A stretch of DNA of 64,000 nt from Elsinoe ampelina (taxonomy: Eukaryota). Location of the stretch: the NCBI GenBank assembly GCA_010093995.1, contig ML992501.1, positions 1,394,566 through 1,458,565 on the forward strand. The letters run 5' to 3'. Positions 1-11,708 of this stretch are shown here, piece by piece. Position numbers and translations under genes: made by a program. Below the pieces are notes generated by a model. That model was given only the letters and a program-made list of their open reading frames with translations. It searched no databases and was not told where the DNA came from. Position 1 is the stretch's first letter. Each line of letters opens with the position of its first letter.

Positions 1-294
1 CAACAAGCCTGGTCAGGACAAGATCCTGGTCCTTATCAGGCTCCAGGACACCGTGGCTCCAATGGCTATGCGAAGCCAGAACGCATACACCAACCCATGC
101 CGCAAACTAGTACGCAGGTCCCTCCAACATGGCAGATGAGCACGCAAGGGACCGAAGCACAATTGGCCGACCTATCAGCCATGTTCATGGATCCGCGATT
201 CACCGATGTCGAAAGAGTCATTACATTCGAGGATGCGAACTTCTATATGCCACAAAATGGTTATGCACAGTACGGAAATGGGAATTTACAATAA
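1..294 (+). CDS. 3' end of a gene entering from upstream; probable fungal (Zn2Cys6-type) transcription factor C-terminal tail
   Basis: Frame 1 is open from base 1 to TAA at 292-294. It is Gln/Pro-rich and ends in LSAMFMDPRFTDVERVITFED, resembling the acidic DPxF..xDRVIxFxD tail of many fungal TFs. The DNA-binding domain is outside the window, so the product is inferred. Confidence 0.55.
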   Translation, partial: QQAWSGQDPGPYQAPGHRGSNGYAKPERIHQPMPQTSTQVPPTWQMSTQGTEAQLADLSAMFMDPRFTDVERVITFEDANFYMPQNGYAQYGNGNLQ

Positions 295-1768
295 ACCCAT
301 CCGTAACAGTTTGTTCCCAAACTCTAGGAAATAGTAGTCGGCGTATACCAATCCATGGTCGGCATAGGGTTGATGAGCATGCTCGTTGTGATTGGTAGTC
401 GCATTGCGGAGGATCGCATCGAATTTGCTCTCGGATACCTGGAAACCATCTTCACCGCCAAGTCCAGCATAATCCTGGTCCAGTGACATGTCTATTGTCT
501 CTGATACAATCTCAAGCGCAGCTTGAAGGAAGTCCTCTCCGACGGTCCAGCTTTGTAGCCGGTGTGATTCCGGCGCTGAGAGGGACTGAATACCCTGGTG
601 AATCAGCAAGAAACCATTGGCCACGATCACTGCCGCAGACGTGTCTCTCAAAGGTTCTCGTGGGTTGTCCTGTGGAGCGTCAAAGTCCCAGACGGGCACG
701 AGCGGGTGGTGATGTCGGCTTTCTCTCAGCCTTCGCAGGAAATATGACCCACACCCAACGGCTGTCTCAAGGAACATTACGTCTCTTGTCCATTGATACG
801 TCTGCGCAAATCCCATTACGGCCCAAGCTTGGCCCCGACTCCAGCAGCTCTCGTCCTTCCATCCTTGATTGGTCATTTTCGCCTTCACTCCTCCGGTCTT
901 GGTATCGAAGTTGACCAGGTGGTAGGACGAATAGTCCTCACGGAGAATCGTCTTGCGTACAGTATGGGCATGCGTTGTGGCCATTTCGATCAGTCTGTCA
1001 TCGTTCTGCCGATGACCGATCGTATATAACAAGTCTAGATTGCACATGCTATCGATGATGACGAGGAAGTCGGTCTCCTTGTCAGTGAAGGAGTACCTGT
1101 AATTGATGGCCTGGTCCCAGCTACGGATCGCCCCAACCCTCGAGTCCCACCGGCTCGCCAGCGCGTGGGCGGCATTTGAGACTCCCTGGAGATAGGAAGC
1201 ATCGCCTGTCAATTCCCAATCGGTCTGAAGTGCAGGCTGAACGATAAAGCCCATATCGTGGGTGTCCGTCCGGCTCGACATGTTCTGGATCGCCACAGAC
1301 CAATGTCGTCCAAGCTTTAGGAGATGCTGGTACAGGTCTGTAGAAGAATATGGACTGCGACCCTTGGCGATGTGGGCGGGCCATCTTGCTGATCTCTCAA
1401 GCAAGCTGTAGATACAACCCGGGAAGAATCCACAAGTCCAGAAGTCAGCTTCGCGATACTCGTAGCGACCTGCTTCGGGGCCAGACTGAGGCACGGTGTG
1501 AGGGTAGGCTGGTAGTGGTGCCTGACTATATCAACCCGGCGTTCAGATCGCAAGATATGAATATTGTTACCTTCGTCTCCAGACCTCTTTGTGCTACTTG
1601 TAAGATCTTGGCGAGAACGTTCTCGGAGAAGAGTTGTGACAGATTGATCCCTCGTACATGATGTCGAGCACCACCACCTGTCCCTGAGCTAGTATCTTTC
1701 GAGGCGGTCGTGCAATCTAGGGTTCGCACGTCATTGCTGATGCCGTTTGATTCAGCAGGAAGAAGCAT
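286..1768 (-). CDS. Glycoside hydrolase family 88 (unsaturated glucuronyl hydrolase), 2 exons
   Basis: Motifs WTCGFFPG, THDMGF, IIDSMCNL, WSRGQAW and YADYYFLE. Exon 1 is 1768-1571 (MLLPAES...LFSENVLAKI...ETK). A GT-AG intron at 1570-1522 joins it in frame to APLPAYPHTVPQSG. No signal peptide seen. Confidence 0.92.
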
Positions 1769-3102
1769 CTCCTTTCCTGTGTACTGGTGAATCAAAAACG
1801 ATGCAACAAAGTCACACAAGAATACAGAACAAAATTCAGATGCCGCAGTGCCCTCCCATTTGAACACGTCTTACCTCTATTCCGAACTGCTGCAATAGGT
1901 AATATTTGCCTCGTCAACTTACGGGTGTATTTTCTCCCTTGGATCTGCAAGGCCCAAGGAACGAGTGTCAATTCGGAGTGGATCTTTGTCCGGCTACCGA
2001 GAGTCAAGATGGGCATAACGTTCTCCGCGGGGATACGAGCCACCCCCAGGAAGCGAGCCCCCCTTTAGAAGCTGGAAAGCGGTGAGATAGGGCCGAAGAT
2101 ACCCCGACAAGCCAGTTTTAGTGAGAGATGTACATCTTGGCATACCTTATGGCTTCTTAATCGATCGAGCTTGTTGTTAACCCCTTTAATCCATGTCGTT
2201 AGTATAGAGGCTCTTAAGGCTAAGGCTTAGAGTTAGTGTTTTTAGCTTATAATTAAGACCTTAGAAAGCGCTAAAGAACCTATTTTATAGTGTAGAATTG
2301 CTTCCTTATGTCCTTTAGCTATATAGCACTATTTACTAACTCTAGCTATCTCTAATCTCTTACTATAGAGAACTTATCTTAGCTTAACTAGCTTAACTAG
2401 CTTAACTATTTAAGTGCTTAATAATAATCTCTTTCTCCTCTACTATCTCCTCTATTACTTACATAGTAGTATTAGCTTTATCTACCTTAATACTATTAAT
2501 CTCTAGTATATATTAATAACCTCTTATAGCCTCTTACTCTTCCTTAGCTATATAGAGGCGTTAGATAGTAGCTTAGTAATCCTTTACGGAGTGTTAGTGT
2601 TAAGCTTAAAGAGTTTACTAGTTAGCTATAGAGGTAGATTAACAAAGTTACTTAGCTAATTTAACTCTCCTTTTATAAGCCTTATTATACTTTTTATCTA
2701 TATTAACTACCTTCTTATTAATAGCTAACTACTTACTAACCTTTTTAGCACTAAGCACTACTCCTCTAGAGGGGTAGCCTCTCTTCTACTTCTTCTATAA
2801 GGCCTTCTTCTTAGTACGCTAAGTAACCTTATAGAGTTAATTCTTAAGTAAGATAGCTCTTTACCTCTCTATCTTCTTACTCTTATAAGCTTAGATAAAG
2901 GCCTTATAAAGTTGTTAAATTACACTCTATTAGTAGCTAATAACTCGCTACTAAGTATCGATATGTTACTTAGTAAGGTAATTAAGCTTCTAGTAGAACT
3001 ACTAGTTAGTTTTAATAGAGGTATTACTAGTTAGTAAAGAGTTAGAGAATTAGTAAGAGAGTATTAAAGGCGATAAAGAAGTAACTTCTTAAGGAGTTAA
3101 GG

Positions 3103-3199
3103 ATTATAAGAATTATAAGAATTATAAGAATTATAAGAATTATAAGAATTATAAGAATTATAAGAATTATAAGAATTATAAGAATTATAAGAATTATAA
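3103..3199. repeat. Perfect 9-bp tandem repeat (ATTATAAGA), 10 full copies plus a partial copy
   Basis: Units read directly at 3103, 3112 ... 3184, with a partial unit at 3193; lies inside the pogo #1 transposase relic. Confidence 0.97.
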
Positions 3200-4248
3200 A
3201 GGCTATATAGATTAATATTAAATTTATATAATTATAACTTCTAAATCGAGAAGCATTAATCTAGTTACTCTAAAGGCTATTATTTACTTAAGCTCTTTAA
3301 ATACTTTATTATATATAGTAGCGTAAGCCTCGAGGAAGTAGTACTTATTAATCTAATTAATTCTCTTATATATAATATTACAAATTGCCTCTTAATAGTT
3401 ATACTTTAGTTATAAGAAGATTAAAATATTAAGAGGCTAAAGGAAGTAAGAGGTATAAGGTAGTAGCTTAGTAAGGATAATATAGTACTTATAGGCTAGC
3501 TAGATAAATTTAGCTATAAGGTATAAGTAATAACTATTAAGGATAAGTAATCTCTAGTAATATTTAAGATTCTTCTTCTTTATAGTCTTACTATTGTTAT
3601 CTACTAGCTAGGTATAAGAATTAAAGTGCTTTTTTAACTAGTAGAGAGTAATCTTATTATTTAACTAGCTAGTTAGTAAGGTAGTAATAGAGGCCTCTTT
3701 ATATAAGGAGCGCACTAGTAGTTAGATTAGCTTCTTAATCTAATTCTCTATTAGGGCCTCTCCTTTAAGAATAAAGAAAGGAGGTACTTAATAGCTAGCT
3801 ATATTAACTGTTTTAATTATCGTAGCTTACTTATACTAGCCTAGCTACTATAAATAGGTTTAATACTAATCTTATATTTGTGCCTATATCTAATTTAACT
3901 CTATTATACTAATATAGTAGCTAATTTCGTCTATATTATAAAGGTTATAACTCTTAACTTAGTACTTCTAATAGAGGCCTCTAATAAGGTTATACTAGTG
4001 CCTAATCTTATTAAAGTTCTCTATCTCTTCTAAATAAACAATATCTATAGCTAGACGCTATACTATACTAATTTTGTAGTGTCTTTATCGAAAGTGCTTA
4101 TACTAGTACGTACTAAGAGGCCTAAAGATAGTATTTAGTAGTAACTTTAAGGTTTATAATAGAAGTAGATAAGTGTAATTTATAAGCTAGTAACTACTAA
4201 GATTAAAGCCTCTACTAGCTAGAAACTTAATTAAGCTAATAAGAGCTT

Positions 4249-4711
4249 TATTACGAACTAGTAGAACAGCTAGAATATAGGGACGTTAGGACTAATTAAG
4301 CTGCTAAGATTATTATATAACCTAGCTCGACGTTTACCTAGTTCTCTATCTTCTCTAGCGGCTCTACCTCTAAAACTATAGAGCACGTAGGTTACTAGCG
4401 GACATATACTCTATGTTGCCTCTAACTCTCGCTATGGAGTATATAAAGTATATAGAGAACGTAATAGAGAATATATATATATAGGAATAGTCCTTACCTT
4501 ATATAAGTACTATAGTTAACCTTGTCTAGATAGCGAACACTAGTATTGCTAAGGCTAGCCTTTATAATACTATCTAATTGTACTTTATTATCTATAAGAT
4601 ATATCTTCTTTAACTCTTACCTTAGTACTATACTACTATAGAAGTAGAACTACCTTGTTCCTAGCTTAGCTTAGACTACTAGTGTAGGCTATATTTAGAC
4701 GGTTCGTAACA
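4249..4711 (+). repeat. Gypsy 5' LTR (463 bp)
   Basis: TATTACGAAC...GTTCGTAACA, i.e. mutated TG...CA inverted termini; colinear with 10755-11217. Confidence 0.95.
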
Positions 4712-6591
4712 TTTTAACTACCCTTACTATAGTATAGTACGCTACGAGGTTAATAAGTAACTCTCGCTCTAAGTTACTATTAGCATCTTTAATCGCTAGT
4801 AAGCTAGAAAAGCTTACTATTAACGACATGTCTACTACTAGTTTAACCTCGGGCGAATATAGAAGGTCTTTTAGTATAGAAGGATAGAGTAGGCCTAAGT
4901 TAGAGGTAGAACTCTTCTATAGGGACCGTGCCTACTTAAGGCGCTTCCTTGTTTAACTTAAAGCCTTCTTCGCCCTAGAGGGAGATAAGTATAGTAACGA
5001 CGTAGTAAAGGTCCTCTATACTAGGATACACCTTAAGAGCGCCGCCTTCGAGTAGTTCGAGCCTTATATAAGTAGCTACCTAGATAGATAACTAGGCCTA
5101 GATATAAAGGCTATCTTTAAGAGCTTTAGCATCTTCTAGGCAAAGATTAAGTAAGTCTTTAACGTATCTAATAAGGAACGCGTCGCCGTGACAAAGATCT
5201 AACAATTATAATAACGTAGGTCTATAGCCTAGTACTATTCCTAGTTCTAATAACTCGTAATACACCTAGACTAGGACAATAGTACTAAACACTTAGTATT
5301 CTATTAAGGACTAAGCGACTCGGTTAAAGACTAAATAATACCCGAGCTGCCTAATAGCCTTTAGGAACTAGTAGACACTATAATTACTATTGACAATAGA
5401 CTTTACAAACGACGTATAGAACGTCGTAGAGAATATAAAGTAAATACTAGATATACGCGTTCCTCCCGAAACTATAGAGACTCTATAGAACTTAATACTA
5501 TATACGAAGGCTGCCTCTTATAGGTATAAGGCTATAGTCGTAGAGGAAAGTTCCTTAGTAGAAAAGAGAGAGAGAAGTATAGATAAGATAACTTATGTTT
5601 TAAGTGTAAAAGACCTAGGCATTAGGCTAGGGACTACTAATAAGAGGCGCTAGCCGATAGATTATATATAATAGTTGCCGGGCTAGTAGAAAAAAAGGCT
5701 AACACTACTATAGAAGACCTAACGACCTTTAGCGTAGGCAAGGAAACATAGAAGGAGTCTACGACGACTCGAGAGGCAATAGAATTCTCTCTAGATATTA
5801 TACTTAATATCTCTACGACTAATAGTAAATAACAAAGCTAAAACGTAACGCTATTATAGATAGTATATTACGATAACTCTTATTATATTTACTTATTAGA
5901 TAAGTAGGGATCTAGTTAGTTCCTATATAAGCTATCTAAGTATAGATAACTAACAAAATAGCTAGACTAGGGGCTTAACCTAGAAAGGCTCTCTATAATT
6001 AGTAGTAACATTAACTAACCTTAGAAGGTAGTTAGTAACAATTACTAATATACAATTATCGAGATAAAGTATTAGGACGCAAGTACTACGTAATAATATA
6101 GTAGCCTTACCTTTAGCCCTTACGGCGAACTATAAGAAAAGGCGTATTATATATCGCTCTAGAAATGTATAAATCTAGATTATAAATAGTACTATACTAT
6201 CTACTTATATAATATGCTCGGAGAAGACGCTATTAGTCTTAAATACACTACGGACTTCTTAGTAATTAAGATAGGTAGTACTATTCTCTATAGCTAAGTA
6301 AAAGAATATACTCGGTGTAGCCTTACTAACTATAACTATACTAGAGGTAGTAGCGATAAAGAGAAATATAACGAAGAATACACCGAATAACTACGATATA
6401 ATAATACAAATAAGGACTTATTCGACAATAACGACAACGACGTACTACTATCGGGCGAACGACTTAAAGTATACCTTATAGAGATATAGAGGAATTATAT
6501 AATAATATACACCTACTACTAGAATAGAACGTAATAAGACAAATCTATATAACTTGTTTTTGTCTTTAATACTAACGCCTAGCTATACCTA

Positions 6592-6721
6592 NNNNNNNNN
6601 NNNNNNNNNNNNNNNNNNNNNNNNNNNNNNNNNNNNNNNNNNNNNNNNNNNNNNNNNNNNNNNNNNNNNNNNNNNNNNNNNNNNNNNNNNNNNNNNNNNN
6701 NNNNNNNNNNNNNNNNNNNNN
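6592..6721. other. Assembly gap (130 N) inside the Gypsy element
   Basis: Run of N characters. Confidence 1.
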
Positions 6722-9700
6722 GGATTAGCTACTTATCTAAGGAGCTATAATAACAAAAAACTAGCTAGTTATCGCCTAATAAGGTAAGACGATAATACTA
6801 GCTAAAGCCTTAATATAATAAAGATCTACACGTTAAACTACTTTATACTAGAAGTAGAAATATAAGAGAGTAAGATAAGAGCAATAATAGATTTAGGAGC
6901 TAACTATAGCTACGTCTCTATAATAGTTGCTAATTAGCTTAAACCTTATTAACACTAGAAGGAGTTACCTTACCTACTTACTATAGTAAATAGAACCCCT
7001 ATAGAGAAGAATAGGAAAGTTACTTAGGAACTACGAAACGTTATAATCTAAATCGAAATATATACGGAAAAACGATCGATCGATATAGTTAACATATAGT
7101 ATAATATAGTACTTAGTATAGACTAGCTTTAATAATATAATCTAGACGTAGACTAGATTAAAGAAACACTCGAATTCCCTAAGTATAATTATAGAACGTA
7201 AAGAGCATAATTAGCTCTACGAATACTAACTATAAGGACAGTATAGGTACGACTAATAGTTAGAGCTATTGCTAGCGTAAGCGATTAAGTACTTCCGCTA
7301 GAATATAAAGACTTTAAGGACTTATTTAAAGAAAGGAAAGGCATTACGGCCTTACCTTAATATAAACTATAGAATTACAAAATACCTTTTAAAGAAGGTA
7401 AATCCCTAATACACTATTAAGGTCTTATACTACTATCGAAATAAGAGGAGAATGTCCTTAAGGACTATATCGATAAGTACTTACTTAAAGGATTTATACG
7501 ACTATTAAAATTACCTATTACGTATAGAGTGCTTTTTGCACTAAAAAAGGATAGAACGTTATAAATATATATTAATTACTAGAAACTTAATACACTTACT
7601 AGGAAGAATTGCTATCTCTTACTAAGGATTAACAAACTTTAAGACCGACTACTTAGAGCTAAATAGTTTACTATAATTAACATTAGAGACGCCTATTATT
7701 AAGTATAAATAAAGGAGAGTAAGGAGTAGAAGACGGCTTTTAGAACGTAATAGAGTCTATATAAGTACCTTATTATACCCTTTAGGTTAACTAACGCTCC
7801 TATAACCTTCTAAGAGTTAATTAATAATACTCTACGAGAATACCTTAACAATTTTATCTTAGCATATTTAGATAATATTATTATCTTCTTAAAGATATAT
7901 AATAAACACGTAGGACATATTCGTAAAGTACTATAGAAACTAAAAGAAAAAGACCTACCGGTAAAACTCTCTAAGTATAAGTTCTATAAACATAAGATAT
8001 AATTTCTAGGCTATGTTATATCTACTAATAGTATTAGACCTAATCCGAAGAAGATCGAGTTAGTAAATAACTAGCTAGAACCTACGACAGTTAAGGAGGT
8101 TTAAGCGCTACTAGAGTTCTTTAACTACTACTATAAGTTTGTTAAAGGATTCTCTAAGGTAGCTACGCTAATATTTAACCTTACGAAAAAGAAAACTAGC
8201 TTTATCTTCGATAAGAGATATAGGTAGGCCTTTAAGGAGCTAAAGCTTAGACTTACGATAGTACCTGTCCTAGTACTCTTTAACCTAGACTAATAAGCAC
8301 TACTAGAAACAGATGCCTTAGACTTTATAATAGAAGCGTATCTAGCGTAGAAGGGCGTAGAAGAATAACGCTGCCTAATTGTATACTACTTACGAAAAAT
8401 GACTAGACTTAAACTTAACTACGATATATACGATAAGGAATTACTTATAATTATAGAAGCGTTCCGCGAATAGAGAGTATACCTAGAAGAGACAACCTTA
8501 CCCGTATAAGTCTATACCGACTATAAGAACCTTCTATATTAGATAACAACTAAGGTTCTTAATAGACAACAGATTTAATAGTTAGAAACACTTATAAGCT
8601 ATAACTTCTAGATCTACTATGTTAAGGGATTAGAGAACAACGAAGTAGACGCTCTTAGCCGCTAGCCGGATTACTTAAAAAATATAACAATAATAGAGGC
8701 CTCTATACTAAAGTAGTAGGACGGCGCTCTAGTCTATAAGTACCCGAAGGTAGAGTAGTTATATAGCCTTACCTAGGAGCTTACGTAAGAACGGAAGAAA
8801 GAAGTTATTTAAATATACTATAATAACCTAATAGCGAGATATAGTAGGATCAATAAGACTATTAAACTTATTACACGAAACTACCTCTAGAAAGAACTCT
8901 AAAACAATATTAAGACGTATATTGCCGCCTGCGATATATGCTATAAGTCTAAGCACTCTCGATATAGACTATATAGCCTACTATAACCCTTACTACTACT
9001 AGATAAACTATAGCAATTAGTTACGATAGACTTTATAGGACCTCTACTACTATTAGAAGAACCTCTTATAGGTGTAAAGTATAATAGTATTCTAGTTCTA
9101 GTAGATAGGTTTACGAAGTATTACTACTTTGTCCTATATAAGACAATAGTAACTACTAAGGATATAGCCTTTACCTTTCTCTAAACAATTGTTTTACGAC
9201 ATAGAGTACTATAAGACCTAATAACTAACAGGGATAAGCTATTTACGTCACAATTCTAGTAATCATTTATAGACCTACTAGAAGTTAAATATAAGCTATT
9301 AATCTCCTTTTACCTATAAACGGATAGATAAACTAAACGGGTAAATTAAGTACTAGAGTAGTACCTACGATACTACCTAAACTATAAGTAAGACTTATAA
9401 GCGACGCTATTACTACTTATAGAGCTCGCTATTAATAATAGAAAGTTAGCAAATAGAATTTTACTATTCTATATAAACTATAGAATACACCCGGATCTAT
9501 ACTATAACATACTTAGAATTAAGCTAGTATCTAAGGATGCTAATATACTAGTAGCTAACATTAAGAAACTACACGACTAGCTATACTATAATATAGCATT
9601 TATATTATAAAGAATAGTAGAGTTTGCTAACCGAAAGAGAATTACGAGACTAATTCTATAGGAGGAGGAGAAAGTTTACCTCCTTAGTAAAAATATTAAA

Positions 9701-10199
9701 ACAAAACAACTAAGTAAGAAACTTAACTATACTAAACTAGGACCCTTTAAGATCCTAGAAAAGAAAAACAAGAACGTATATAAACTAGAACTACTAAGAC
9801 ATATAAGGATTTATCTAGTCTTTTATATATTACTACTAGAGAAAGTACTATAGAATACTATACCTAGACCTATCGAACTAGAGAAAGAAACATAGGAGCT
9901 ATAGTATAAGATAGAAAGGGTTTTACATTATAAACTTATAAAAGGAAAACGCTACTATCTTATTCACTAGAAGGGACATTAGTATAGTAAAGTAATATAG
10001 GAACTAGAGAAGCACCTTACCTCGTAAGTAATCCTAGATTACTAGATTAAGAACCTATTCTAAGCAAACCGACTAGACAGACCTAGCACTCTAAACACTA
10101 AACAAAAACGAGAATGCCTAAGGAAGATCGCTTAACTAATAGAAGTACCTTAATCGTTACTAAGTAAGGAACTCTAATTAGAGTTAGGCATAAATAACT

Positions 10200-10680
10200 A
10201 CTAGTCCTATAGTAGGACAGAATCTACTAACAATAGTATTTCCTTCTACTCTAAGACTTAAATACGAGTCTCTTCTAGAGAGATTACTTTCTCTACCTTG
10301 TCCTCTAACTTTTATATCTCTTCGCGTAGGTAAAGCTTATTACCTATAGCTCTTTAATAAGTCTCTTTTACCTTTTTATAAGCTTCTTCGGCTTCTCTTC
10401 TAGTAGCCTTAGCTATAACTAATTCCTTTCGTAAACGAATATACTTAGACTAAAGACGCTACTATTCCGATTTTGTTACTTAAATATTATAACCTAAGTA
10501 GTTACTTACGATATACTAGCTATAGATACCCGACCGAATATAGACCTTATAGTCTAGCCCCTTTAATTTGTAACGAGAATAAGCCTATAGCATGTTAGTT
10601 CTAAATAGTTTAATAAACTCTAAGAGATTCTTTTATATAGATATACTAGATTTGCTATGCCTTCGACAACTAGAAGGCAT
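10200..10680 (-). pseudogene. Antisense accessory ORF of the Gypsy element: RIP-destroyed Zn2Cys6-like cluster plus coiled coil (3' end approximate)
   Basis: From ATG 10680 one frame reads ...ML*AYSRYKLKGLDYKVYIRSGIYS*YIVSNYLGYNI*VTKSE**RL*SKYIRLRKEL... Six Tyr codons are spaced x2-x6-x8-x2-x7, and each is one G>A change from Cys. Confidence 0.7.
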
Positions 10681-10754
10681 ATTTAGTATATAGCGTATAA
10701 GAATAAGGAAGAATACTTACTTGTTAGAACAACTCGATTAAAGAAGAAGAGTAA

Positions 10755-11217
10755 TATTACAAACTAGTAGGACAGCTAGAATATAGGGACGTTAGGACTA
10801 ATTAAGCTACTGAGATTATTACGTAACCTAGCCTAACGTTTACCTAGTTCTCTATCTTCTCTAGCGGCTCTACCTCTAAAACTATAGAGTACGTAGGTTA
10901 CTAGTAGACATGTACTCTATATTGCTCCCGACTCTCGCTATAGAGCATATAGAGTATATAGAGAACGTAATAGAGAATATATATATATAGGAATAGTCCT
11001 TACCTTATATAAGTACTATAGTTAACCTCGTCTAGATAGCGAACACTAGTATTGCTAAGGCTAGCCTTTATAATACTATCTAATTGTACTTTATTATCTA
11101 TAAGATATACCTTCTCTAACTCTTACCTTAGTGCTATACTACTATAGAAGTAGAACTACCTCGTTCCTAGCTTAGCTTAGACTACTAGCGTAGGCTGTGT
11201 TTAGACGGTTCGTAATA
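10755..11217 (+). repeat. Gypsy 3' LTR (463 bp)
   Basis: TATTACAAAC...GTTCGTAATA; the differences from the 5' LTR that were inspected are C/T and G/A transitions. Confidence 0.95.
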
Positions 11218-11708
11218 GGCTTATTCTTAACTAGGTATAAGTCGTTACTAGTGTTAATATAACTCGAGGTGTAATACTTACTTACTCTTTAGCTAGCGAC
11301 TTAGAGTCTTATATTTTACTAAAGGAAAGCATTTTATAAGCTAATAGATAGAAATTGTGCCTTTTAAGGCTTAATACTTATAGATAGCTACAATAATTTG
11401 CTCTTTATAGTGGATTTTAGCAGTTGTTAGTATTATAAAGTAGTTTATATTAGGTGAGGAAGTATAAGATTAAGAGGCAGATTATAGAAGTTTTAATTAC
11501 TCGATTAGGCAATAGGATCGGAGTAAATTTAGCACCTCTAATTAGCTTCTTTAGGCCGTTTATCTATTTTAAGAATATTAGCTAAGGTAGACTTACTTTC
11601 TAGAGATAGCTTATATCTCTACGAAGAACGTTAGTAGAGAACGAGATCGAGTAAATAACTAGCGATATAACTAGCGACATAATAGGACTAATGTCTATAC
11701 TTTATATA

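Larger units (their letters stand above)
4249..11217 (+). mobile_element. Ty3/Gypsy LTR retrotransposon (chromovirus), full length, RIP-inactivated
   Basis: Two 463-bp LTRs and 5-bp TSDs AGCTT (4244-4248) and GGCTT (11218-11222). Domain order: gag (~4828; zinc knuckle CFKCKRPRH*ARDY ~5596), protease (AIIDLGA ~6881), RT (YLDNII ~7865), RNase H (LETDA, YDKELL), integrase (CDIC, TDR*TKRVN) and chromodomain (YKIERVL...YYLIH*KG...*ELEKHL ~9905-10020). Purine tract before the 3' LTR. Confidence 0.95.
2018..11631 (-). mobile_element. Fot1/pogo-type DNA transposon #1, RIP-degenerated and interrupted by a Gypsy element (about 2.64 kb without the insert)
   Basis: A ~43 bp TIR pair starts ACGT (2018-2060 and 11589-11631) and differs only by transitions; TA flanks both ends. 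Minus-strand relics: CENP-B HTH (PS*E*ALISLIKFLASRGF, split by the Gypsy), YNIDE (=YNMDE) near 3930 and RLLILNSYYLY (=RLLILDGHxSH) near 3540. Confidence 0.9.

Noticed and set aside
2018..2060. GC-rich CGG/SYGGRG-like motifs upstream of GH88 as host TF sites
   Set aside because: They are the left TIR of pogo #1, matching the reverse complement of 11589-11631.
3103..3199. Tandem array as CRISPR or telomeric repeat
   Set aside because: No spacers, eukaryotic context, not TTAGGG-like; it is a simple minisatellite.
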